From the NCBI RefSeq assembly GCF_001194135.2, contig NC_068996.1, forward strand, positions 26,236,733 through 26,291,045: 54,313 bases of DNA, given 5' to 3'. This stretch comes from Octopus bimaculoides (Eukaryota). Position 1 is the stretch's first letter. Each line of letters begins with the position of its first letter. Positions 1 to 11,402 of this stretch are shown in pieces. Under the pieces are notes generated by a model. The model did no database searches, was not told where the DNA came from, and saw only the letters and a program-made list of their open reading frames with translations. The position numbers and the translations under genes were made by a program.

Positions 1-14
1 ATATATATATATAC

Positions 15-61
<47 letters not shown>

Positions 62-275
62 TGTGTATGTTTGTGTTTGTCCCCCCAACATCGCTTGACA
101 ACCAATGTTGGTTTGTTCACGTCCCCGTGACTTAGTAGTTCTGCAAAACAGACCGATAGAATAAGTACTAGGCTTACAAAGAATAAGCTCTGGGGTCGAC
201 TTGCTCGACTAAAGGCGGTGCTCCAGCATGGCTGCAGTCAAATAACTGAAACAAATAAAAGAAGAGAAAAGAATA
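1..275 (+). mobile_element. SINE family A, 3' half (head lies upstream of window)
   Basis: After (TA)/(TG)n, matches the 3' module of the full copy at 49273-49680 (gaccgatagaataagtactaggcttacaaagaataag...ggcggtgctccagcatggc). Confidence 0.85.
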
Positions 276-289
276 TATGTGTGTGTTTA

Positions 290-1777
290 TGTCATCATCA
301 TCATCGTTAACGTCCGCTTTCCATGCTAGCATGGGTTGGACGATTTGACTGAGGACTAGTGGACCAGATGGCTGTACCAGGCACCAATCTGATCTGGCAG
401 AGTTTCTACAGCTGGATGCCCTTCCTAATGCCAACCACTCCGAGAGTGTAGTGGGTGCTTTTACATGCCAGCGGCACGAAGGCCAGTCCAGCGGCACTGG
501 CAACGGCTACACTCGAAATGGTGTATTTTATGTGCCACTTGCACAGGAGCCAGTCCAGCAGTACTGGCAATGATCTCGCTCGAATGTCTTACTGGCAACG
601 ATCTCACTCGAATGTCTTACTGGCAACGATCTCGCTCGAATGTCTTTTCATATGCCACAGGAAGGCGACGTTGGTAACAATCACACTCAAATGGTGCTAT
701 TTACATGCCACTGGCACGGAAGCCAGTCAGCTGCTCTGGCAACGATCAGGCTCAGACAGTGCTCTTAGTGCTCCACTGGTACAGGTGCCATCATGATTTC
801 GCTTTCGCTTGCCCCAACAAGTCTTCACAAGCCAAGTTTAGTGTTCAATGATGAGACGTTGGCATGGGTGCCAGTCTACAAATTTAGTTTGATTTCGATT
901 TCACTTGCCTCAACAGGTCTTCGCAAGCGGAGTTTAGTGTTCAATGAAGGAATGTTACACATAAGTGGGCTGGCTACATCCCTGGCAGAGGCCTTGGATT
1001 TAGGTCTCACTTGGCTTGCTGGGTCTTCTCATGCACAGCATATTTCCAAAGGTCTCGGTCAGAAGTCATTGCCTCGGTGAGGCCTAATGTTCGGAGGTCG
1101 TGCTTCATCATTTCATCCCAGGTCTTCCTGGGCCTGCCTCTTCCACAGGTTCCCTCAACCGCTAGGGTGTGGCACTTTTTCACACAGCTATCCTCATCCA
1201 TTCTTGCCACATGTCCATACCAGCGCAATCGTCTCTCATGCACCCCACAACTGATGCGTCTTAGGTTCAACTTTTCACTCAAGGTACTTACACTCTGTCT
1301 AGTATGCACACTGAGATTACACATCCATCGGAGCATACTGGCTTCCTTCCTTGTGAGCTTACGCATGTCCTCAGCAGTCACGGCCCATGTTTCACTGCCA
1401 TGTAGCATGGCTGTTCGTACTCATGCGTCATACAGTCTGCCTTTTACTCTGAGTAAGGAGCCCTTTGTTGCCAGGCTATTCGTATTCTAGCAGCTACAAT
1501 TTCAGCGCACCCTCCCCCACTACTAACTAGGTCACCCAGATAGCAGAAGCTATCAACTATGTCTAGTTTTTCTCCCTGGAATGTGACAGAGGTTGTTTTC
1601 TGCACATTTTCAGTGTTTATTGCACCTGAACATCTGCCACATACAAAAACTAACTTCCTAGTTAACTTTCCTTTGATATTGCTGCACCTCATGTGTCCAT
1701 AGCTTGCACTGGGTACACCTTTTCTACAGATCGAGCAGGGCCATCTACCTGAAGGGGTTTGTGTTTTGTCTACCTTC

Positions 1778-1778
<1 letters not shown>
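290..1778 (-). mobile_element. 5'-truncated RTE-clade LINE (end of ORF2, long 3' UTR, (GAT)n tail)
   Basis: Minus-strand FCYLGD..SSGGGC, LHGSETW, RRLRWYGHVARM, GRGRPRKTW motifs; stop at 1007; 3' UTR ends in a GAT tail near 290; truncated at (TA)n near 1779. Confidence 0.92.
1007..1778 (-). pseudogene. RTE ORF2 C-terminal fragment, frameshifted
   Basis: ORFs 1444-1872 and 1007-1408 are consecutive pieces of one RTE ORF2 with small deletions. Confidence 0.9.
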
Positions 1779-1819
<41 letters not shown>

Positions 1820-2444
1820 CATATATACATATACACAGTGGATTGAGGAATGGACATTTGGTAAAAATTCATTTACTCTAAATTGCATATACATAAAGCA
1901 GAATGCATATATGTAAAATAGAAAGAAAGCCTTAAAAAACAACAACGAAATGAAATTAAGTCAAAAGCTCAATCCAAAGATATTTTATGACAATTTGAGT
2001 GTTTGTGATTTGAATGTTGAGTTACAGGTTTTTGAGGGAGGGATTTTGATTTTGTGGGTAAATTTCACCAAGACTGCAAAATTCCTAAATCTTAAAATGA
2101 CATACTTAACCTCTTACACCTCCTCGCTAAGGGTTTGAAGTGCTGGAAAATCAATGAAAGTAGTCTCTTAATATAGGTTATCCTTGAAATTACAGCCAAA
2201 GAAAACTTGGGGGAAAAAATGGGAAAAAAATCCATAAATTTTGCCTGTTTTTTTTTTCAATGGTTTCTTGCTCTATATTAGGATTTAACACCAAAGATAT
2301 ACTTTTGCAGATAAGATAAAGAACATAGAAATCAAGAATTGGGGTTGATAGTATCAACTAACTTCAACCCTTAAAAATTGCTGGCATGATGCTTGAATGG
2401 GAAACCATAATAACTATTATTACTATTACTATTATTATCATTAA

Positions 2445-2890
2445 GGCAGTGGAAAGGGGCAAGCTAACGAACCGTTAGCACACAGGGCAAAATGCTTAGC
2501 AGTATTTCGTCTGCTGCAATGTTCTGAGTTCAAATTCCGCTGAGGTCGACTCTGCCTTTCAATCCTTTCAGGGACGATGAATTAAGTACCAGTTGCGTAC
2601 TGGGGTTGATCTAATCGATTGGCTCCCTCCCCCAAAATTTCAGGCCTTGTGCCTAGAGTAGAAAGAATTATTATTAGGGCAGTGAGCTGGCAGAATCATT
2701 AGCACACTGGGCAAGATGCTTAGCAACATTTTATCCATCTTTATGTTCTGAGTCCAAATTCTGCCAAGCTCGACTTTGCCTTTCATCTTTTGGTGTCAGT
2801 GAAATAAGTACCAGTTACGCACTGGAGTCGAAGTAACTGACTTATCCCCTCCTCCAAAATTTCAGGTCTTGTACCTTTACTAGAAAGGAT
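2445..2890 (+). mobile_element. Two tandem SINE family B copies with (ATT)n tails
   Basis: Head gctggcagaatc-ttagc, B-box-like gagttcaaattc, central gtcgactttgcctttcatcc...aagtaccag, tail ggccttgtgcctagagtagaaa followed by att repeats. Confidence 0.85.
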
Positions 2891-2994
2891 TATTATCAAT
2901 ATCATTATTATTATTACTGTTATTATTATTATTATTGTTGTTGTTGTTGTTGTTGTTGTTATCATTATTATTATTGTTATTATTTTTATTATTA

Positions 2995-3050
<56 letters not shown>
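2890..3050. repeat. (ATT)n/(GTT)n microsatellite
   Basis: Direct reading. Confidence 0.95.
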
Positions 3051-3055
<5 letters not shown>

Positions 3056-3322
3056 GAAAGATGAGTTCTTAACTTTTGTATACGATTGCCAAATTCCATC
3101 ACTAAGGTAAACATAGCTGACGTAATCCATCACTACGGCCACTTGAAGACACATGAGATGTCGAAATATTGTCATTATTCAAAGGACCAATAAATAAGTT
3201 ACTTTCGAGTTGCACTTTCTGTTATTGAGTTGGCCGTAGTGATGGATTACGTCAGCCATGTTTACCTTAGTGATGGAATTTGGCAATCGTATACAAAAGT
3301 TAAGAACTCATCTTTCTATATA
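3051..3322. mobile_element. MITE-like foldback, about 91-bp inverted arms
   Basis: 3051-3141 is the reverse complement of 3232-3322 with one mismatch seen; TA dinucleotides at both ends. Confidence 0.85.
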
Positions 3323-3366
3323 TTACATTTCTGCTGAGTTTATCAGTCCTCTCTATAAACTAAAAA

Positions 3367-3417
<51 letters not shown>

Positions 3418-3639
3418 CATTATTATTATTATTATCATCATCATCATCATCGTTATNNNNNNNNNNNNNNNNNNNNNNNNNNNNNNNNNNNNNNNNNNNN
3501 NNNNNNNNNNNNNNNNNNNNNNNNNNNNNNNNNNNNNNNNNNNNNNNNNNNNNNNNNNNNNNNNNNNNNNNNNNNNNNNNNNNNNNNNNNNNNNNNNNNN
3601 NNNNNNNNNNNNNNNNNNNNNNNNNNNNNNNNNNNNNNN

Positions 3640-3854
3640 ATTGATACATCAATTAGAAAGCATTTTTTTTCTTCATGATCTTTGACAACTATATCTGGTC
3701 TATTTGCCTTAATTTCTCTATCTGTGTGTATTGGCATATCCCAGAGTATGGTTGCTTTCTCGTTTTCTGTGACCTTTTCTGGCGTGTGTTTATACCATCT
3801 TTCTTCTGTTGTTATTCCATAGTGTTGGCATAGCTTCCAGTGTATATAGGTCCT
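3640..3854 (-). mobile_element. R4/Dong-clade LINE fragment (RLE domain)
   Basis: YIHWKLCQHYG..WYKHTPEKVTENEKATILWDMPIHTDREIKANRPDIVVKD..LIDV; begins right after (AAT)n, runs into gap. Confidence 0.9.
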
Positions 3855-3873
3855 ATTATCATTATTATTATTA

Positions 3874-3925
<52 letters not shown>

Positions 3926-3939
3926 AACTATTTGTTATA

Positions 3940-4160
3940 TTAGCAAGGATATTGTGTGGTAACAACAAATTTCAAGAATCTTTCTTGGGATTCTTTCAGA
4001 ATACAAGATGGTACTTTACTGCGGGTTGACAATATAAATTCTCAGTTCCAATATCCTTCAGTCTCTTAGGAAGCATTTTGCATGCTGTGCCAAGTGCACC
4101 AATTAGCACAGGAATTATTGTTGTCTTAGCCTTTCACAATCTCTTCATTCCCTGTGGCTT
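3940..4160 (-). mobile_element. R4/Dong 3' end, degenerate
   Basis: MKRL.KAKTTIIPVLIGALG..; similar to 11810-12050; followed by (AAT)n on its sense strand. Confidence 0.7.
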
Positions 4161-4249
4161 AGGTCTTGAACATAATTATTTTGACAAAATTTATTTTATA
4201 TTGACTCAGTGTGTAAAGCAACTCTACAATCATTTCATTGATTAACAAC

Positions 4250-4255
4250 GTCGTC

Positions 4256-4292
<37 letters not shown>

Positions 4293-4419
4293 CCATCATC
4301 GTTGTCATAGTCATCATCATAATCACCAACAACAACATCAGTACTAATATTACTATTACCACCACCGCCACCACAATCATCATCATCATTATCATCACCG
4401 ACATCATCATCGACATCAG

Positions 4420-4472
<53 letters not shown>

Positions 4473-4670
4473 CCCCACTGTGACATATTTCCTTTCACTT
4501 CTTGGGTGTTGCTGTACAGTAATTTACAGTGATCAATAACGAGAACGGATCCATCTGCATGTTTTTTTTTCTTCGTTTTTCTTTTATCGTTTTGTTTTAT
4601 CATTTTTATATATATATATACATAGCTCCTCCTCCTCCTCCTCCACTTCCTACTACTACTACTACTACTA

Positions 4671-4706
<36 letters not shown>

Positions 4707-4707
4707 T

Positions 4708-4770
<63 letters not shown>

Positions 4771-5276
4771 CACCACCACTTCCACTTTCAACTCCCTCAA
4801 CACCTGACGCCACCGCGGCTGCTGCTGTCACCGCCACCTTCATGACCACCACTTCATATTACCGTCTTGGGTTTCTTCTGCAAAGATTGAGATTGTGTAG
4901 CTTTCCTTCCATTGATGGAATCACTTCAGCAGTGTTGAATGGAATGGGAGAGATCGATAAGAATGCAGCAACTCACACCAGCAGCCCTTACGCTATCATT
5001 ATTGTCATCGTCATCATTATCGTGGCATTCATTCATTCAGCATAAGTATCATCACCACCGTCATCACCATCACCACCACCATCGTCATCATATTCACTCA
5101 TTCATCGCTGTCGTTGTCATTGTCATCATCATCATCATCATCATCGTTATCAGCACCGTCATCGTTGTCATCATCATCATCGTCGTTGTTGTCATTGTTG
5201 TTGCTGTTGTTGTTGTTGTCGTTATTGTCAAAATCATCATCATCATTGCCAGCACCAACACCAGCACCACCATCAA

Positions 5277-5311
<35 letters not shown>

Positions 5312-5966
5312 CCATCATCACCACCATCATCATCATCGTCATCATCACCACCATTATCACCACCATCATCATCATCGTGATCATCATCATCATCGTCATC
5401 ATCATCATCATCGTCATCATCATCACAGTCGTCATCATCACTGTTGCTATCATCATCATCATCATCGTCGTCGTCGTCGTCGTCGTCATCANNNNNNNNN
5501 NGCTATCATCATCATCATCATCGTCGTCGTCGTCGTCGTCGTCATCATCATCATCATCATTATCACCATCATCACCAACAACATTATCATCATCATCATC
5601 ATTATCATCTTCATCATCATCATCATCATCATTGTCATCATCATTAGTAGCAGCAGCAGTAACGGCATTTTCATAATCATCACCCTCATCATATTACTAT
5701 CACCATTATCATTAGCACAAACCCCCACCCCCACCTCCATTATCATCGTCATCCCCACCACCACCACCACCACTGCCACCATCATCACAGACATCACCAA
5801 CATCACCATCATCACCATCATCATCATGAACAACTTATATGTCTTCTGTCTTCTGTCTTCTTCAAGTCAGTGTGCAGTTGCTGCAGCTGTTTCTGCTATC
5901 GCTGATGTTGCTGTTGCTGTTGCTGCTGTGAACTGCTGTTGCTGCAGTCAGTTTTAACAGCAGTGC

Positions 5967-6010
<44 letters not shown>

Positions 6011-6119
6011 CCACTGCTGCAAATGCTGCTAACGATGATGATGATGATGATGATGATGATGATAGTGGTGATTATGATGATGATGATGATTGATGATGAT
6101 GATGATGGTGGTGGTGATT

Positions 6120-6152
<33 letters not shown>

Positions 6153-6658
6153 GTGGTGGTGATTATGATGATGATACTGTTGTTGTGGTGGGGATGATGA
6201 TGATGATGATGATGATGATGGCTAAAGTGTTGATGCAGCTGTTGCTGTCGCCACTGCAGTTAATCTTGGCATTATTGTTCTTATTCATGAAGATAGCTCT
6301 TGGTGGTTGCGGTGGTGGTGTTGGTGGTGTTGGTGGTGGTGGTGGCAATGGTGGTAATAATCATGTCGATGATGATGATGGTGGTGGTGGTGGTGATGAT
6401 GATGATGTCGAGGAGGAGGAGGGAGAGGAAGTGGAAGAGAGTGGATGGTGGTACCGATGATGATGCTAGTGGTGGTGGTGGTGGTGGTGGTAGTGATGAT
6501 GATGATGATGATGGCCATGATGATGATGCTGAAGATAGCAAGTGTGATACATTTGCTGTTAATCTGATGCAGATTATGGTGTTACTGCGTTGTTCCGTGT
6601 TCCTTATGATCTTCATCAGCGCAATTGTCTCTTGTTGTTTTAGGAGTTGTTGGCACTG

Positions 6659-6708
<50 letters not shown>

Positions 6709-6990
6709 GACGGGGATGCTGACAGTAGTAGTGGTGATGGTGGTGTTGATGATGATGAGGAGGATGACGACGGTGATAGTGATGAAGATTGCAGAGGCAG
6801 AAACAGCAGCAGTGTGGTGGCGATGGTGATAGCGGTGGGAGTGTGGTAGGTGGTGATGGGGATGGAAGTGGCTTTAGTGCTTCATAGGCAATGGCAATGA
6901 TGATGATGGCTGATGGTGATAATGGTAATCGCGACAATGATGACAACAATGACAATGATGACAACAGGTGATGATGATGATGATGATCCA
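4250..6990. repeat. Compound trinucleotide microsatellite field: (CAT/CAC/ACT)n switching to (GAT/GGT/GTT)n
   Basis: Direct reading; source of the poly-M/I/H/S/D ORFs in the track. Confidence 0.95.
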
Positions 6991-7486
6991 ACAAATAAAT
7001 AAAAAAAAGCATATTGAAAGTCTTTGATGTCTTTTGCCGAAAAGAAAGCAAAAATACAAAGAATGCAAAAAGGGGAAAAAAGCAAGAAATAAAGAAAGGA
7101 GGAAGTAAAAAAAATATTAGAAAATAAGAAAAAAGAAAGAAAGAAAGAAAAACAAGATGGCAGTCATGTTGATTAATTTGTTTGATTTTTATCTTTGTAG
7201 ATTTCTTTGTTTTATTTTAGTCTATTTTATTTTTGTTTATTTTTTTGGTTCTCACATAAATCAATAGAATTTTAAAATTTCATTCTGTCCATCTCCCAGC
7301 CACCCACCCCACCTGCATCTTCTCCAATTCTCCAGTGATACAGCTCATCAATGACCAAGAATGTTCCCTGTTTTTCATCTTCTCCTACCAAAGAATGTCA
7401 TTGTTAGGTTAAGCAACTGATGACTGGTCAGTACACAAGGAGTCGTCCACTTCCTTTCATTTACAGTGCTTCCTTCATATTTTGGA

Positions 7487-7536
<50 letters not shown>

Positions 7537-7767
7537 TTATACAAAAATAAAAGCAAAACAAGACACATCAGGATGTTTTCGTTTTTTTTACCTTAGGGAC
7601 CCTTGTTACAAGTACATATAAAGGGCCTGGAGTGAAGGATCTGCCTAAGAATTTGGCACCAAAAGAACACAAGCATCCAGCCTTCAGCAGCACAAGTCAA
7701 TGAATAATGATGATGAGGATGATGATGACAACAACAATGATGACAACAATGTTAATAACAATAATAA

Positions 7768-8545
7768 TGTAGGTTTCATATTAGTGGCACAAGATTAAAG
7801 TTTGCTTACCAAAAACTACCGGGCTAATGTTCATCAGAATGGTTCTGATTCTTAATGCAGATTCTGTGATACACTTGATGAAACAATAGTCTGACACCAA
7901 ACGAATACAAAATTCACCATGATAGCGTAGGATAGTATTTACATTGGAAAATATGTAAACACTACAAAATCAGCAATCCTACTTACTAACATCATTCTAA
8001 GCCAGTCACTGAAGGTAAAAATGTCACTATTCTCTGAGATTTTCCAATCATCACCAACAGAACAATCCAGGCTCATTGACCAGACATAGTCATTAAGGAC
8101 AGGGAAGAAAATACTTGTAGAATGATAGATGTAAGTGTTCCCACTGATAAAAATATATCTGTGAAGGAATTTGAAAAATTAAGTAAATATTAGGACCCGA
8201 AAACTGAAATACAAATGATGTTGCATCTCACAGCAAGAACTGTTCCTGTTATTGTGTGTGCTCTAGGTATGATAAAAAAAGGGATGTCAGAAACATCTAG
8301 ACAACATCTCAGGAGAAGCATGTCTCATAGAAATCCAAAAGACTGTGCTGACAAGTACTGCCCATATCCTTAGGAAAACCCTATCCATTTAAATGTCTGT
8401 GTTGTATTACATGAAGATATTTCGCTACTGCTCCTGCCACTTCCCATCCCCAAGCTTTCAGTCATAGTGTAAAATCTCTTATCCTTCATTTGCCCTAGGA
8501 TGCTGAGTGTGTCACAGCAAGTGATTGTAACAAACATGCAGATTA
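7768..8545 (+). mobile_element. R4/Dong LINE 3' fragment (zinc knuckle remnant, RLE, 3' UTR)
   Basis: GFILVAQD*SLLTKNYRAN..CRFC..LHWKICKHY..TIL.DFP..RPDIVIKD..IDVSVP..EIQKTVLTSTAHILRKTLSI*; AAT-rich repeats on both flanks. Confidence 0.88.
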
Positions 8546-8559
8546 AAAATAAATAATAA

Positions 8560-8567
8560 TAATAATA

Positions 8568-8604
<37 letters not shown>

Positions 8605-8622
8605 GGATGATGACGATGACGA

Positions 8623-8655
<33 letters not shown>

Positions 8656-8687
8656 TGATGATAATAATAATAATAATAATAATAGTA

Positions 8688-8741
<54 letters not shown>

Positions 8742-8745
8742 TAAA

Positions 8746-8776
<31 letters not shown>
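8560..8776. repeat. (GAT)n-(GAC)n-(AAT)n microsatellite
   Basis: Direct reading. Confidence 0.95.
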
Positions 8777-8781
<5 letters not shown>

Positions 8782-8969
8782 CACCAGGACTTACAAATAT
8801 GTATAACATACAGAAAATTGCACTACTGGGCACTGCACACATCCTACGCAAAATACTTTCAATACAGTAACCATAAGAGCACCACAGCAAACCACAGCAC
8901 ATACCCAAGGCGCACAGAGCTGCGCTCGGTAGTGAAGTGAAAGCACGTTATAAAAATAAAACTACTGAA
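8777..8969 (+). mobile_element. R4/Dong 3' terminus, young subfamily, inside (AAT)n
   Basis: KTPGLTNMYNIQKIALLGTAHILRKILSIQ* plus 3' UTR; 4 differences seen over about 145 bp versus 46214-46359. Confidence 0.9.
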
Positions 8970-8973
8970 CAAC

Positions 8974-9020
<47 letters not shown>

Positions 9021-9025
9021 TAATA

Positions 9026-9590
9026 AATGCCCTGATGCAGTACCAAGCAGTGGCTCTCATGGCTTCCAATCTTAACTGATTTGAAGTGTTATCATGTATA
9101 TGTTTTGTCTTGGTTTAAAAGATCGGTTACAGTAAATATTCTGCTCAATGTCATAGAAATCTATGACATTGTCAGTTGCTTGGCCTTAACCAGTTGAGCA
9201 TGTCCCTTAGTGGTTGACAATATGTGTATCTCTGATCATGGGCAAAAGTAGTGGGGGAGCATCATAGCTATGTGTTAAGAAGGATTCTTTGGGGTTTGAA
9301 TGATTTACCTCTGGAATCAAGGGTGTTTTGTTCATCATCTTTAAACAGCCCTTATTCGGGGACTTTCTGAGCAAGATGGGCTAGTCGACCAGAAGAAAAT
9401 TCTAACAGGGCCCCACCTGCAAGGTCATGCATTATTTCTCTTGATATGAGATCACCATGTTGTGCACATTATGGTTGTGATGCAAGAGCCTGGTGTACCC
9501 TTATCACACAGGTAGTCATGATGGGTATACTGGGTTTTGTATATTTGTATCTCAGTGTCATTTTGATGATATGCATTGCCTCTCATTCAA
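9026..9590. mobile_element. Unclassified non-coding ~560-bp insert in (AAT)n
   Basis: Complex, relatively GC-richer block bounded by (AAT)n on both sides; no ORF, TIR or tRNA head recognised. Confidence 0.5.
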
Positions 9591-9784
9591 TAATAATGAT
9601 GATGATGATATAATGCTCAAACTATACACAACAAAAATAAAAAGATTAGGATTCTCTAATCCAGGCAGTAAGAATCTTAAGCAAGAATTTTGGAATCCAG
9701 CTTTGGGTAAATAAATGTACTGTGTTAAGTATGAAGAGAGGGCTAGAAAATAAACCCTGATGGTATTAAATTACTACAAGGCAA

Positions 9785-10010
9785 TGGCTGTAGAATAGTT
9801 CCTTGTACTATAGGCACAAGGCCTGATATTTTGGGGAGGTGGCTAGTCTATTACATTGACCTCAGCACTCAGCTGGTGCTTATTTTATCGGCCTTGAAAG
9901 TATGAAATGTAAAGTTGACTTTGGTGGAATTTTGAATTCAGAATATAAAGACAGATGAAGTGTTGCTAAGCATTTCACCCAGGATGTTAATGATTCCACC
10001 TGCTCACTGC
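9785..10010 (-). mobile_element. SINE family B
   Basis: Reverse complement of the family B body and tail. Confidence 0.8.
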
Positions 10011-10288
10011 TGTGGAATAATGTAGGATCCAAGTACATAGTACAAGTACCGCAAAACTATAGAATAATAGAAGAGGGAGTTAAAGAGAATTTCTTCAAAG
10101 AGTACAAGAGAAGTATTCAGAAGGTACTGAAACCAAAATTCAACGGAGGGAATATTATCAAAGCAATAAATACCGATTTTAAGAAAATCTGCTTCTTTGA
10201 AATGAACAAAAGCCAAGATACAGAACTTTGACAGAGGAACCAGGAAGCTGCTCCCAGTGCATGATGCACACCATCCTAAAAGTAACAT

Positions 10289-10514
10289 CGGTTTCCCATT
10301 TTGGCACAAGGCCAGCAATTTCGGGGGAAGGGATGAGTCAATTACATCAACCCTAGTACTCGACTGGTACTTCTTTTATTGACCTGGAAAGGATGAAAGG
10401 CAAAGTCAACCTCGATGGAATTTGAACTTGGAACATAAAGTTGAATGAAATGCTGTGAAGCATTTTGCCCAGCATGCTAACAATTCTGCCAACTTGCCTA
10501 ACCCTAACCCTTAT
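10289..10514 (-). mobile_element. SINE family B with target-site duplication
   Basis: Flanked by catcctaaaagtaa (10272-10285) and catcttaaaagtaa (10515-10528); interrupts the Dong HPKS|DRLY motif. Confidence 0.85.
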
Positions 10515-10629
10515 CATCTTAAAAGTAATACTGACAGGCTCTATCTATCGAGATAGGAAGATGGCAGAGGATTTCTAAATATAGAAGACACTGTTAGTGC
10601 TGCAATATTGGAAGTGAAGGAAGGCAACA

Positions 10630-11065
10630 AGCTGGCAGAAACATTAGCTGGCAATGAGTTGGCAGAATCGTTAGCAGGCTTAGCAGTATTTTGTCTGTCG
10701 CTACGTTCTGAGTTCAAATTCTGCCAAGGTTAACTTAGCCTTTCATCCTTTCAGGGTTGATTAAATAAGTACCAGTTATGCACTGGGGTCGATGTAATCA
10801 ACTTAATCCGTTTGTCTGTCCTTGTTTGTCCCCTCTATGTGTAGCCCCTTGTGGGTAATAAAAAAATAAGAAACATTAGCAATCTGGGCGAAATGCTTAG
10901 CGATATTTCGTCTGCCGCAATGTTCTGAGTTCAAATTCAGCCGAGGTCGGCTTTGCCTTTCATCCTTTCGGGGTCGATAAAATAAGTACCAGTTGTGTAC
11001 TGATGTTGATCTAATCAACTGGCCTCCTCTTCCAAAATTTCAGGCCTTGTGCCTAGAGTAGAAAA
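10630..11065 (+). mobile_element. Two tandem SINE family B copies
   Basis: Two head-to-tail family B units. Confidence 0.85.
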
Positions 11066-11076
11066 GGATATTGGGA

Positions 11077-11402
11077 GTGAAGGTGTGTGGCTTAGTGGTT
11101 AGGGTATTTGGCTTACAATCGTAATGCCTCGAATTCAATTCCTGATGGCACATTGTGTCTTTGAGCAACATGCTTTATTTCATGTTGCTCCAATTTTCTC
11201 AGCTGGGAAAAATGAGTTGTATTTGTATTTCAAAGGACCAGCTTTGTCACATTCTGTGTGTTACAATGAATATCCCTGAGAACTATGTTAAGAGTACACA
11301 TGTCTATGGAGTGCTCAGTCACTTGCATGATAATTTTATGAGCAGGTTGTTCCTTTCATCAGATCAACTAGAATCCTCATTATTGTAGCTGATGAAGTAC
11401 CA
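11077..11402 (+). mobile_element. SINE family C
   Basis: A-box-like tggcttagtgg, B-box-like gaattcaattcc, then ctttgagcaa..ctcagctg central block; homologous to 17859-18122 and 49955-50381. Confidence 0.75.

Noticed and set aside
4159-7085. Many long poly-M/I/H/S/D/T ORFs
   Set aside because: Trinucleotide repeats lacking stops in several frames on both strands; no splice or homology support.
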